A stretch of DNA of 64,000 nucleotides from Eledone cirrhosa (Eukaryota). Each line of letters starts with the position of its first letter. The stretch's first letter is position 1. The notes below the pieces were generated by a model, which was not told the origin of the DNA, ran no database searches, and saw nothing but the letters and a program-made list of their open reading frames with translations. Positions 25,501-39,740 of this stretch are shown one piece after another. Both the position numbers and the translations under genes were made by a program. The stretch is taken from assembly GCA_964016885.1 (NCBI GenBank), contig OZ024740.1, positions 8,370,001 through 8,434,000 on the forward strand, read 5' to 3'.

Positions 25501-27300
25501 CGATTGGTATATCAGTTTTGATTAGTATGTCAGTTTCTATTGGTATGTTAGTTTCGATTAGTATATCAGTTTCTATTGGTATGTCAGTTTCGATCGGTAT
25601 GTCAGTTTCTATTGGTATATCAGTTTCGATTGGTATGTCAGTTTCGATTGGTATGTCAATTTCGATTGGTATATCAGTTTCTATTGGTATGTCAGTTTCG
25701 AGTGGTATGTCAGTTTCTATTGGTATATCAGTTTCGATTGATATATCAGTTTCGATTAGTAGGTCAGTTTCTACTGGTATGTCAGTTTCGATTAGTATAT
25801 CAGTTTCTAATGGTATGTCAGTTTCTATTGGTATATCAGATTCGATTGGTATATCACTTTCGATTAGTATGTCAGTTCCGATTGGTATGTCAGTTTTGAT
25901 TGGTATATCAGTTTCGATTGGTATGTCAGTTTCGATTGGTATGTCAGTTTCGATTGGTATGTCAGTTTCTATTGGAATATCAGTTTCGATTGGTATATCT
26001 GTTTCGATTAGTATTTCAGTTTCTATTTGTATGTATGTTTCGATTAGTATATCAGTTTCAATTGGTATGTCAGTTTCGATCGGTATGTCAGTTTCTATTG
26101 ATATATCAGTTTCAATTGGTATATCAGTTTCGATTGGTATATCAGTTTCATTGGTATGTCAGTTTCTATTGGTATATCAGTTTCTATTGGTATGTCAGTT
26201 TTGATTGGTATATCAGTTTCGATTGGTATGTCAGTTTCGATTGGTATGTCAGTTTCGATTGGTATATCAGTTTCGATTGGTATGTCAGTTTCGATTGGTA
26301 TGTCAATTTCAATTGGTATATCAGTTTCTATTGGTATGTCAGTTTCGTGTGGTATGTCAGTTTCTATTGGTATATAAGTTTCGATTGATATATCAGTTTT
26401 GATTAGTATGTCAGTTTCATCTGGTATGTCAGTTTCGATTAGTATATCAGTTTCTATTGGTATGTCAGTTTTGATTGGTATATCAGTTTCGATTTGTATA
26501 TCAGTTCCTATTCCTATATCTGTTTCTATTGGTATGTCAGTTTCAATTGGTATGTCAGTTTCGTTTGGATTGTCAGTTTCGATTGGTTTATCAGTTCCGA
26601 TTGGTATGTAAGTTTTGATTGGTATGTCAGTTTCGATTGGTATATCAGTTTCGATTGGTATATCAGTTTCTATTGGTATGTCAGTTTCAATTGGTATGTC
26701 AGTTTCTATTGGGATATCAGTTTCGATTGATATATCAGTTTCGAATAGTATGTCAGTTTCTACTGCTATGTCAGTTTCGATTAGTATATCAGTTTCTATT
26801 GGTATGTCAGTTTCGATTGCTATATCAGTTTCGATTTGTATATCAGTTCCTATTGCTATATCAGTTTCTATTGGTATGTCAGTTTCAATTGGTATGTAAG
26901 TTTCGATTGATGTATCAGTTTCGATTGGTATGTCAGTTTCGATATGTATATCAGTTTCGATTGGTATGTCAATTTCAATTAGTATATCAGTTTCTATTGG
27001 TATATCAGTTTCGATTTGTATGTCAGTTTCGAGTGGTATGTCAGTTTCTATTGGTATATCAGTTTCGATTGATATATCAGTTTCGATTAGTATGTCAGTT
27101 TCTACTGGTATGTCAGTTTCGATAAGTATATCAGTTTCTAATGGTATGTCAGTTTCCATTGGTATATCAGATTCGATTGTTATATCACTTTCGATTAGTA
27201 TGTCAGTTCCGACTGGTATGTCAGTTTTGATTGGTATATCAGTTTCGATTGATATGTCAGTTTCGATTGGTATGTCAATTTCGATGTGTATATCAGTTTC
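22520..27300 (+). repeat. Higher-order duplication of ~2.5 kb x2; boundaries approximate
   Basis: 22719/25221 strings match at offset 2502 (139x18). Shared rare variants TATGTATGTTTCG (~23582, ~26030), CCTATTCCTAT (~24060, ~26507) and TCGATATGTAT. Confidence 0.8.
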
Positions 27301-30300
27301 TATTAGTATGTTAGTTTCTATTGGAATATCAGTTTCGATTGGTATATCTATTTCGATTAGTATTTCAGTTTCTATTTGTATGTTAGTTTCGATTAGTATA
27401 TCAGTTTCAATTGGTATGTCAGTTTTGATCGGTATGTCAGTTTCTATTGATATATCAGTTTCGATTGGTGTATCAGTTTCGATTGGTATATCAGTTTCAT
27501 TGGTATGTTAGTTTCTATTGGTATATCAGTTTCTATTGGTATGTCAGTTTCGATTGGTATATCAGTTTCGATTGGTATGTCAGTTTCGATTGGTATGTCA
27601 GTTTCGATTGGTATATCAGTTTCGATTGGTATGTCAGTTTCGATTGGTATGTCAATTTCAATTGGTATATCAGTTTCTATTGGTATGTCAGATTCGTGTG
27701 GTATGTCAGTTTCTATTGGTATATAAGTTTCGATTGATATATCAGTTTCGATTAGTATGTCAGTTTCATCTGGTATGTCAGTTTCGATTAGTATATCAGT
27801 TTCTATTGGTATGTCAGTTTTGATTGGTATATCAGTTTCGATTGGTATGTCAGTTTCGATTGGTATGTCAGTTTCGATTGCTATATCAGTTCCGATTGGT
27901 ATGTCAGTTTCGTTTGGTATGTCAGTTTCGATTGGCATATCAGTTTCGATTGGTATGTCAGTTTCGAGTGGTATGTCAGTTTCTATTGGTATATCAGTTT
28001 CGATTGATATATCAGTTTCCATTAGTATGTCAGTATCTACTGGTATGTCAGTTTCGATTAGTATATCAGTTTCTAATGGTATGTCAGTTTCTATTGGTAT
28101 ATCAGATTCGATTGGTATATCACTTTCGATTAGTATGTCAGTTCCGATTGGTATGTAAGTTTTGATTGGTATGTCAGTTTTGATTGGTATATCAGTTTCG
28201 ATTGGTATGTCAGTTTCGATTGGTATGTCAGTTTCGATTGGTATATCACTTTCGATTGGTATGTAAGTTTCGATTGGTATGTCAATTTCAATTGGTATAT
28301 CAGTTTCTATTGGTATGTCAGTTTCGAGTGGTATGTCAGTTTCTATTGGTATATAAGTTTCGATTGATATATCATTTTCGATTAGTATATCAGTTTCTAT
28401 TGGTATGTCAGTTTTGATTGGTATATCAGTTTCGACTGGTATGTCAGTTTCGATTGGTATGTCAGTTTCGATTGGTATATCAGTTCCGATTGGTATGTCA
28501 GTTTCGATTGGTATGTCAGTTTCGATTGGTATGTCAGTTTCGATTGGTATGTCAATTTCGATGTGTATATCAGTTTCTATTAGTATGTTAGTTTCTATTG
28601 GAATATCAGTTTCGATTGGTATATCTGTTTCGATTAGTATGTCAGTTTCTATTTGTATGTTAGTTTCGATTAGTATATCAGTTTCTATTGGTATGTCAGT
28701 TTCTCTTGGTATGTCAGTTTCTATTGGTATATCTGTTTCGATTGGTATATCAGTTTCGAATAGTATGTCAGTTTCTAATGGTATGTCAGTTTCGATTAGT
28801 ATATCAGTTTCGATTGGTATATCAGTTTCGATTTGTATATCAGTTCCTATTGCTATATCAGTTTCTATTGGTATGTCAGTTTCAATTGGTATGTAAGTTT
28901 CGATTGATGTATCAGTTTTGATTGGTATGTCAGTTTCGATTGGTATCTCAGTTTCGATTGGTATGTCAATTTCAATTAGTATATCAGTTTCTATTGGTAT
29001 ATCAGTTTCGATTTGTATGTCAGTTTCGATTAGTATATCAGTTTCTATAGGTATGTCAATTTCTATTGGTATATCTGTTTCAATTGGTATATCAGTTTCT
29101 ATTGGTATATCAGTTTCGATTGATATATCAGTTTCGATTAGTATGTCAGTTTCTACTGGTATGTCAGTTTCGATTAGTATATCAGTTTCTATTGGTATGT
29201 CAGTTTCTATTGGTATATCAGTTTCGATTGGTATATCAGTTTCGATTAGTATGTCAGTTTCTATTAGTATGTTAGTTTCGATTAGTATATCAGTTTCTAT
29301 TGGTATGTCAGTCTCGATCGGTATGTCAGTTCCCATTGATATATCAGTTTCGATTTGTATATCAGTTTCGATTGGTATATCAGTTTCGATTGGTATGTGA
29401 GTTTCTATTGGTATATCAGTTTCTATTGGTATGTCAGTTTTGATTGGTATATCTGTTTCGATTGGTATGTCAGTTTTGATTGGTATGTCAGTTTCGATTG
29501 GTATATCAGTTCCGATTGGTATATCAGTTTCGATTGGTATGTCAGTTTCGATTGGTATGTCAATTTCGATTGGTATATCAGTTTCTATTGGTATGTCAGT
29601 TTCGAGTGGTATGTCAGTTTCTATTGGTATATCAGTTTCGATTGATGTATCAGTTTCGATTAGTATGTCAGTTTCTACAGGTATGTCAATTTCGATTAGT
29701 ATATCAGTTTCTAATGGTATGTCAGTTTCTATTGGTATATCAGATTCGATTGGTATATCACTTTCGATTAGTATGTCAGTTTCTATTGGTATGTCAGTTT
29801 TGATTGGTATATCAGTTTCGATTGGTATGTCAGTTTCGATTGGTATGTCAGTTTCGATTGGTATATCAGTTTCGATTGGTATGTCAGTTTCGATTGGTAT
29901 GTCAATTTCAATTGGTATATCAGTTTCTATTGGTATGTCAGTTTCGTGTGGTATGTCAGTTTCTATTGGTATATAAGTTTCGATTGATATATCAGTTTTG
30001 ATTAGTATGTCAGTTTCATCTGGTATGTCAGTTTCGATTAGTATATCAGTTTCTATTGGTATGTCAGTTTTGATTGGTATATCAGTTTCGATTTGTATAT
30101 CAGTTCCTATTCCTATATCTGTTTCTATTGGTATGTCAGTTTCAATTGGTATGTCAGTTTCGTTTGGATTGTCAGTTTCGATTGGTTTATCAGTTCCGAT
30201 TGGTATGTAAGTTTTGATTGGTATGTCAGTTTCGATTGGTATATCAGTTTCGATTGGTATATCAGTTTCTATTGGTATGTCAGTTTCAATTGGTATGTCA

Positions 30301-33300
30301 GTTTCTATTGGGATATCAGTTTCGATTGATATATCAGTTTCGAATAGTATGTCAGTTTCTACTGCTATGTCAGTTTCGATTAGTATATCAGTTTCTATTG
30401 GTATGTCAGTTTCGATTGCTATATCAGTTTCGATTTGTATATCAGTTCCTATTGCTATATCAGTTTCTATTGGTATGTCAGTTTCAATTGGTATGTAAGT
30501 TTCGATTGATGTATCAGTTTCGATTGGTATGTCAGTTTCGATATGTATATCAGTTTCGATTGGTATGTCAATTTCAATTAGTATATCAGTTTCTATTGGT
30601 ATATCAGTTTCGATTTGTATGTCAGTTTCGAGTGGTATGTCAGTTTCTATTGGTATATCAGTTTCGATTGATATATCAGTTTCGATTAGTATGTCAGCTT
30701 CTACTGGTATGTCAGTTTCGATAAGTATATCAGTTTCTAATGGTATGTCAGTTTCCATTGGTATATCAGATTCGATTGTTATATCACTTTCGATTAGTAT
30801 GTCAGTTCCGACTGGTATGTCAGTTTTGATTGGCATATCAGTTTCGATTGATATGTCAGTTTCGATTGGTATGTCAATTTCGATGTGTATATCAGTTTCT
30901 ATTAGTATGTTAGTTTCTATTGGAATATCAGTTTCGATTGGTATATCTATTTCGATTAGTATTTCAGTTTCTATTTGTATGTTAGTTTCGATTAGTATAT
31001 CAGTTTCAATTGGTATGTCAGTTTTGATCGGTATGTCAGTTTCTATTGATATATCAGTTTCGATTGGTGTATCAGTTTCGATTGGTATATCAGTTTCATT
31101 GGTATGTCAGTTTCTATTGGTATATCAGTTTCTATTGGTATGTCAGTTTCGATTGGTATATCAGTTTCGATTGGTATGTCAGTTTCGATTGGTATGTCAG
31201 TTTCGATTGGTATATCAGTTTCGATTGGTATGTCAGTTTCGATTGGTATGTCAATTTCAATTGGTATATCAGTTTCTATTGGTATGTCAGATTCGTGTGG
31301 TATGTCAGTTTCTATTGGTATATAAGTTTCGATTGATATATCAGTTTCGATTAGTATGTCAGTTTCATCTGGTATGTCAGTTTCGATTAGTATATCAGTT
31401 TCTATTGGTATGTCAGTTTTGATTGGTATATCAGTTTCGATTGGTATGTCAGTTTCGATTGGTATGTCAGTTTCGATTGCTATATCAGTTCCGATTGGTA
31501 TGTCAGTTTCGTTTGGTATGTCAGTTTCGATTGGCATATCAGTTTCGATTGGTATGTCAGTTTCGAGTGGTATGTCAGTTTCCATTAGTATGTCAGTATC
31601 TACTGGTATGTCAGTTTCGATTAGTATATCAGTTTCTAATGGTATGTCAGTTTCTATTGGTATATCAGATTCGATTGGTATATCACTTTCGATTAGTATG
31701 TCAGTTCCGATTGGTATGTAAGTTTTGATTGGTATGTCAGTTTTGATTGGTATATCAGTTTCGATTGGTATGTCAGTTTCGATTGGTATGTCAGTTTCGA
31801 TTGGTATATCACTTTCGATTGGTATGTAAGTTTCGATTGGTATGTCAATTTCAATTGGTATATCAGTTTCTATTGGTATGTCAGTTTCGAGTGGTATGTC
31901 AGTTTCTATTGGTATATAAGTTTCGATTGATATATCATTTTCGATTAGTATATCAGTTTCTATTGGTATGTCAGTTTTGATTGGTATATCAGTTTCGACT
32001 GGTATGTCAGTTTCGATTGGTATGTCAGTTTCGATTGGTATATCAGTTCCGATTGGTATGTCAGTTTCGATTGGTATGTCAGTTTCGATTGGTATGTCAG
32101 TTTCGATTGGTATGTCAATTTCGATGTGTATATCAGTTTCTATTAGTATGTTAGTTTCTATTGGAATATCAGTTTCGATTGGTATATCTGTTTCGATTAG
32201 TATGTCAGTTTCTATTTGTATGTTAGTTTCGATTAGTATATCAGTTTCTATTGGTATGTCAGTTTCTCTTGGTATGTCAGTTTCTATTGGTATATCTGTT
32301 TCGATTGGTATATCAGTTTCGAATAGTATGTCAGTTTCTAATGGTATGTCAGTTTCGATTAGTATATCAGTTTCGATTGGTATATCAGTTTCGATTTGTA
32401 TATCAGTTCCTATTGCTATATCAGTTTCTATTGGTATGTCAGTTTCAAATGGTATGTAAGTTTCGATTGATGTATCAGTTTTGATTGGTATGTCAGTTTC
32501 GATTGGTATCTCAGTTTCGATTGGTATGTCAATTTCAATTAGTATATCAGTTTCTATTGGTATATCAGTTTCGATTTGTATGTCAGTTTCGATTAGTATA
32601 TCAGTTTCTATAGGTATGTCAATCTGTTTCAATTGGTATATCAGTTTCTATTGGTATATCAGTTTCGATTGATATATCAGTTTCGATTAGTATGTCAGTT
32701 TCTACTGGTATGTCAGTTTCGATTAGTATATCAGTTTCTATTGGTATGTCAGTTTCTATTGGTATATCAGTTTCGATTGGTATATCAGTTTCGATTAGTA
32801 TGTCAGTTTCTATTAGTATGTTAGTTTCGATTAGTATATCAGTTTCTATTGGTATGTCAGTCTCGATCGGTATGTCAGTTCCCATTGATATATCAGTTTC
32901 GATTTGTATATCAGTTTCGATTGGTATATCAGTTTCGATTGGTATGTGAGTTTCTATTGGTATATCAGTTTCTATTGGTATGTCAGTTTTGATTGGTATA
33001 TCTGTTTCGATTGGTATGTCAGTTTTGATTGGTATGTCAGTTTCGATTGGTATATCAGTTCCGATTGGTATATCAGTTTCGATTGGTATGTCAGTTTCGA
33101 TTGGTATGTCAATTTCGATTGGTATATCAGTTTCTATTGGTATGTCAGTTTCGAGTGGTATGTCAGTTTCTATTGGTATATCAGTTTCGATTGATGTATC
33201 AGTTTCGATTAGTATGTCAGTTTCTACAGGTATGTCAATTTCGATTAGTATATCAGTTTCTAATGGTATGTCAGTTTCTATTGGTATATCAGATTCGATT

Positions 33301-33350
33301 GGTATATCACTTTCGATTAGTATGTCAGTTTCTATTGGTATGTCAGTTTT
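26190..33350 (+). repeat. Higher-order tandem duplication of ~3.6 kb (~200 monomers) x2; boundaries approximate
   Basis: ORF-track strings match at offset 3599 (26399/29998, 26615/30214, 26930/30529, 27757/31356). The offset drops to 3563 and then 3549 after internal deletions. Confidence 0.9.
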
Positions 33351-36300
33351 GATTGGTATATCAGTTTCAATTGGTATGTCAGTTTCAATTGGTATGTCAG
33401 TTTCGATTGGTTTATCAGTTACGATTGGTATGTAAGTTTTGATTGGTATGTCAGTTTCGATTGGGATGTCAGTTTCGATTAGTATATCAGTTTCTATTGG
33501 TATGTCAGTTTCGATTGGTATATCAATTTCAATTTGTATATCAGTTCCTATTGCTATATCAGTTTCAATTGGTATGTCAGTTTCAATTGGTATGTTAGTT
33601 TCTATTGGTATATTAGTTTTGACTGGTATATCAGTTCCGATTGGTAAGTCAGTCTCGATTGGTATGTCAGTTTCGATTGGTATATCCGTTTCGATTGGTA
33701 TGTCGGTTTCGATTGGTATCTCAGTTTTTATTGTTATATCACTTTCTATTGGTATGTCAGTTTCGATTGGTATGTCAATTTCAATTAGTATATCAGTTTC
33801 TATTGGTATATCAGTTTCGATTTGTATGTCAGTTTCGAGTGGTATGTCAGTTTCTATTGGTATATCAGTTTCAATTGATATATCAGTTTCGATTAGTATG
33901 TCAGTTTCTACTGGTATGTCAGTTTCGATTAGTATATCAGTTTCTAATGGTATGTCAGTTTCCATTGGTATATCAGATTCGATTGTTGTATCACTTTCGA
34001 TTAGTATGTCAGTTCCGATTGGTATGTCAGTTTTGATTGGTATATCAGTTTCGATTTCATATGTCAGTTTCGATTGGTATGTCAATTTCGATGTTTATAT
34101 CAGTTTCTATTAGTATGTTAGTTTCTATTGGAATATCAGTTTCGATTTCATATGTCAGTTTCGATTGGTATGTCAATTTCGATTAGTATTTCAGTTTCTA
34201 TTTGTATGTTAGTTTCGATTAGTATATCAGTTTCAATTGGTATGTCAGTTTCGATCGGTATGTCAGTTTCTATTGATATATCAGTTTCGATTGGTATATC
34301 AGTTTCGATTGGTATATCAGTTCCATTGGTATGTCAGTTTCTATTGGTATATCAGTTTCTATTGGTATGTCAGTTTTGATTGGTATATCAGTTTCGATTG
34401 GTATGTCAGTTTCGATTGGTATGTCAGTTTCGATTGGTATATCAGTTTCGATTGGTATATCAGTTTCGATTGGTATGTCAATTTCAATTGGTATATCAGT
34501 TTCTATTGGTATGTCAGATTCGTGTGGTATGTCAGTTTCTATTGGTATATAAGTTTCGATTGATATATCAGTTTCGATTAGTATGTCAGTTTCATCTGGT
34601 ATGTCAGTTTCGATTAGTATATCAGTTTCTATTGGTATGTCAGTTTTGATTGGTATATCAGTTTCGATTGGTATGTCAGTTTCGATTGGTATGTCAGTTT
34701 CGATTGCTATATCAGTTCCGATTGGTATGTCAGTTTCGATTGGTATGTCAGTTTCGATTGGCATATCAGTTTCGATTGGTATGTCAGTTTCGAGTGGTAT
34801 GTCAGTTTCTATTGGTATATAAGTTTCGATTGATATATCATTTTCGATTAGTATATCAGTTTCTATTGGTATGTCAGTTTCGATTAGTATATCAGTTTCT
34901 AATGGTATGTCAGTTTCTATTGGTATATCAGATTCGATTGGTATATCACTTTCGATTAGTATGTCAGTTCCGATTGGTATGTAAGTTTTGATTGGTATGT
35001 CAGTTTTGATTGGTATATCAGTTTCGATTGGTATATCACTTTCGATTGGTATGTAAGTTTCGATTGGTATGTCAATTTCAATTGCTATATCAGTTTCTAT
35101 TGGTATGTCAGTTTCGAGTGGTATGTCAGTTTCTATTGGTATATAAGTTTCGATTGATATATCATTTTCGATTAGTATATCAGTTTCTATTGGTATGTCA
35201 GTTTTGATTGGTATATCAGTTTCGACTGGTATGTCAGTTTCGATTGGTATGTCAGTATCGATTGGTATATCAGTTCCGATTGGTATGTCAGTTTCGATTG
35301 GTATGTCAGTTTCGATTGGTATGTCAGTTTCGATTGGTATGTCAATTTCGATGTGTATATCAGTTTCTATTACTATGTTAGTTTCTATTGGAATATCAGT
35401 TTCAATTGGTATATCTGTTTCGATTAGTATGTCAGTTTCTATTTGTATGTTAGTTTCGATTAGTATATCAGTTTCTATTGGTATATCAGTTTCTCTTGGT
35501 ATGTCAGTTTCTATTGTTATATCTGTTTCGATTGGTATATCAGTTTCGAATAGTATGTCAGTTTCTAATGGTATGTCAGTTTCGATTAGTATATCAGTTT
35601 CGATTGGTATATCAGTTTCGATTTGTATATCAGTTCCTATTGCTATATCAGTTTCTATTGGTATGTCAGTTTCAATTGGTATGTAAGTTTCGATTGATGT
35701 ATCAGTTTTGATTGGTATGTCAGTTTCGATTGGTATTTCAGTTTCGATTGGTATGTCAATTTCAATTAGTATATCAGTTTCTATTGGTATATCAGTTTCG
35801 ATTTGTATGTCAGTTTCGATTAGTATATCAGTTTCTATAGGTATGTCAATTTCTATTGGTATATCTGTTTCAATTGGTATATCAGTTTCGATTGATATAT
35901 CAGTTTCGATTAGTATGTCAGTTTCTACTGGTATGTCAGTTTCGATTTGTATATCAGTTTCGATTGGTATATCAGTTTCGATTGGTATGTGAGTTTCTAT
36001 TGGTATATCAGTTTCTATTGGTATGTCAGTTTTGATTGGTATATCAGTTTCGATTGGTATGTCAGTTTTGATTGGTATGTCAGTTTCGATTGGTATATCA
36101 GTTCCGATTGGTATATCAGTTTCGATTGGTATGTCAGTTTCGATTGGTATGTCAATTTCGATTGGTATATCAGTTTCTATTGGTATGTCAGTTTCGAGTG
36201 GTATGTCAGTTTCTATTGGTATATCAGTTTCGATTGATATATCAGTTTCGATTAGTATGTCAGTTTCTACAGGTATGTCAGTTTCGATTAGTATATCAGT

Positions 36301-39033
36301 TTCTAATGGTATGTCAGTTTCTATTGGTATATCAGATTCGATTGGTATATCACTTTCGATTAGTATGTCAGTTTCTATTGGTATGTCAGTTTTGATTGGT
36401 ATATCAGTTTCAATTGGTATGTCAGTTTCAATTGGTATGTCAGTTTCGATTGGTTTATCAGTTACGATTGGTATGTAAGTTTTGATTGGTATGTCAGTTT
36501 CGATTGGGATGTCAGTTTCGATTAGTATATCAGTTTCTATTGGTATGTCAGTTTCGATTGGTATATCAATTTCAATTTGTATATCAGTTCCTATTGCTAT
36601 ATCAGTTTCAATTGGTATGTCAGTTTCAATTGGTATGTTAGTTTCTATTGGTATATTAGTTTTGACTGGTATATCAGTTTCGATTAGTATGTCAGTTTCG
36701 ATTGTTATGTCAGTTTTGATTTGTATATCAGTTCCGATTGGTAAGTCAGTCTCGATTGGTATGTCAGTTTCGATTGGTATATCAGTTTCGATTGGTATGT
36801 CGGTTTCGATTGGTATGTCAGTTTCGATTAGTATATCAGTTTATATTGGTATATCAGTTTCGATTGGTATCTCAGTTTTTATTGTTATATCACTTTCTAT
36901 TGGTATGTCAGTTTCGATAGGTATGTCAGTTTCGATTGGTATATCAGTTTCGATTGGTATGTAAGTTTCTATTGATATGTCAGTTTCGATTGGTATATCA
37001 GTTTCGATTGGTATGTCAGTTTCAATTGTTATATCAGTTTCTATTTGTATGTCAATTAGGATAGGTATGTCAGTTTCTATTTGTATATCAGTTTCGATTA
37101 GTATGTCAGTTTCTATTGGTATGTCAGTTTTGAGTGGTATATCAGTTTCGATTGGTATGTTAGTTTCGATTGGTAGGTTAGTTTCGATTGGTATATCAGT
37201 TCCGATTGGTATGTCAGTTTCGTGTGGTATGTCAGTTTCTATTGGTATATAAGTGTCGATTGATATATCAGTTTCGATTAGTATGTTAGTTTCGTTTGGA
37301 TTGTCAGTTTCGATTGGTTTATCAGTTCCGATTGGTATGTAAGTTTTGATTGGTATGTCAGTTTCGATTGGTATATCTGTTTCGATTGGTATATCAGTTT
37401 CTATTGGTATGTCAGTTTCTAATGGTATATCAGTTTCGATTGGTATATCAGTTTCGATTAGTATGTCAGTTTCTATTGGTATGCTAGTTTCGATTAGTAT
37501 AATAGTTTCTATTGGTATGTCAGTTTCGATCGGTATGTTAGTTTCTATTGATATATCAGGTTCGATTGGTATGTCAGTTTCTATTGGTATATCAGTTTCT
37601 ATTGGTATGTCAGTTTTGATTGGTATATCAGTTCCGATTGGTATGTCAGTTTCGATTCGTATGTCAGTTTCGATTGGTATATCAGTTTCGATTGGTATGT
37701 CAGTTTCGATTGGTATGTCAATTTCGATTGGTATATCAGTTTCTATTGGTATGTCAGTTTCGAGTGGTATGTCAGTTTCTATTGGTATATCAGTTTCGAT
37801 TTGTATATCAGTTCCTATTGCTATATCTGTTTCTATTGGTATGTCAGTTTCAATTGGTATGTCAGTTTCGATTGGATTGTCAGTTTCGATTGGTTTATCA
37901 GTTCCGATTGGTATGTATGTTTTGATTGGTATGTCAGTTTCGATTGGTATATCAGTTTCGATTGGTATATCAGTTTCTATTGGTATGTCAGTTTCTATTG
38001 GTATGTCAGTTTCTATTGGGATATCAGTTTCGATTGGTATATCTGTTTCGATTGATATATCAGTTTCGAATAGTATGTCAGTTTCTACTGGTATGTCAGT
38101 TTTGATTGGTATATCAGTTTCGATTGGTATGTCAGTTTCGATTGGTATGTCAGTTTCGATTGGCATATCAGTTCCGATTGGTATGTTAGTTTCGATTGGT
38201 ATGTCAGTTTCGATTGGTATGTCAGTTTTGATTGGTATGTCAGTTTCGATGTGTATATCAGTTTCTATTAGAATGTTAGTTTCTATTGGAATATCAGTTT
38301 CGATTGGTATATCTGTTTCGATTAGTATTTCAGTTTCTATTTGTATGTTAGTTTCGATTACTATATCAGTTTCAATTGGTATGTCAGTTTCGATCGGTAT
38401 GTCAGTTTCTATTGATATATCAGTTTCGATTGGTATATCAGTTTCGATTGGTATATCAGTTTCATTGGTATGTCAGTTTCTATTGGTATATCAGTTTCTA
38501 TTGGTATGTCAGTTTTGATTGGTATATCAGTTTCGATTGGTATGTCAGTTTCGATTGGTATATCAGTTTCGATTGGTATGTCAATTTCAATTGGTATATC
38601 AGTTTCTATTGGTATGTCAGTTTTGTGTGGTATGTCAGTTTCTATTGGTATATAAGTTTCGATTGATATATCAGTTTCGATTAGTATGTCAGTTTCATCT
38701 GGTATGTGAGTTTCGATTAGTATATCAGTTTCTATTGGTATGTCAGTTTCGATTGGTATATCAGTTTCGATTTGTATATCAGTTCCTATTGCTATATCTG
38801 TTTCTATTGGTATGTCAGTTTCAATTGGTATGTCAGTTTCGTTTGGATTGTCAGTTTCGATTGGTTTATCAGTTCCGATTGGTATGTAAGTTTTGATTGG
38901 TGTGTCAGTTTCGATTGGTATATCAGTTTCGATTGGTATATCAGTTTCTATTGGTATGTCAGTTTCTATTGGTATGTCAGTTTCTATTGGGATATCAGTT
39001 TCGATTGGTATATCAGTTTCTATTGGTTTCTAT

Positions 39034-39740
39034 TGGTAGTGAGACCTGGGCGCTGAAGGTGGAAGACTTACGTAGATTAGAGAGAAACGAAGCCTGCATG
39101 CTCCGATGGATGTGTAACAGTAATATACGTGAACGACAAAGCATAAATGAATTGAGAGAGAGACTGAGCATAAGAGGAATCAAATGCTGCGTGCAGGAGA
39201 GGCGGTTACGCTGGTATGGACATGTGATGCGTATGAAGGATGACAGCTGCATAAAAAGGTGCAGAGCACTAGAAGTTGATGGAAACCGCGGAGTGGGGAG
39301 ACCCAAGATGACTTGGGATGAGGTGATAAAAGCCGACCTTACCCAACTACACCTCTCAAAGTCAATGACACACGACCGTGACTTCTGGCGTCACGCAGTA
39401 ATACAGGGTACCCGACCTCCCATGGGTACATGCTGAAGCATATAAACAATATGCCCCCCCCCCACCGCAAGGTGGTCGTGGAGGTGCCACGGCAAAAAAG
39501 CACCCAGCCCACACTGTAAAGTGGACGTGTAGGCGCCACGAAAAAGCACCCAGCACTCACTGTAAATGAGGTTGGTGTTAGGAAGGGCATCCAGCTGTAG
39601 AAATCAAGCCAGATCAGTTCCTGTATGAGCAAGGCATGGTCAGCCGACCAGACACTGCCCACAACAGGACAACCCGTCTAACCCATGCTAGCGTGGAAGA
39701 ACGGACGTAAAACGGTGATGATGATGATGATGATGATGAT
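39034..39740 (+). mobile_element. RTE-clade LINE, heavily 5'-truncated copy (~0.7 kb) of the same family as 14265-17446
   Basis: Matches 16735-17448. The only differences I could see are poly-C length (C10 vs C14) and the tail ((GAT)8 vs GAT-AAT-(GAT)7). Confidence 0.97.
39035..39436 (+). pseudogene. C-terminal 133-codon fragment of the LINE ORF (GSETW...RPPMGTC)
   Basis: Translation is identical to the last 133 aa of the 14261-17137 ORF. It has no start of its own and no RT core. Confidence 0.93.

Larger units (their letters stand above)
17447..39038 (+). repeat. 18-bp satellite array, segment 2
   Basis: Same monomer and orientation as segment 1. Confidence 0.99.

Noticed and set aside
27444-30836. 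Very long minus-strand (IETDIP)n ORFs, up to 1130 aa, as a repetitive protein gene
   Set aside because: In this frame of the consensus only one single-base change (GAA->TAA) creates a stop, so kb-long ORFs are expected by chance. That stop does occur (GTTTAGATT, GTTTATATT), 17/19-nt monomers shift the frame repeatedly, and there are no unique termini or splice context.
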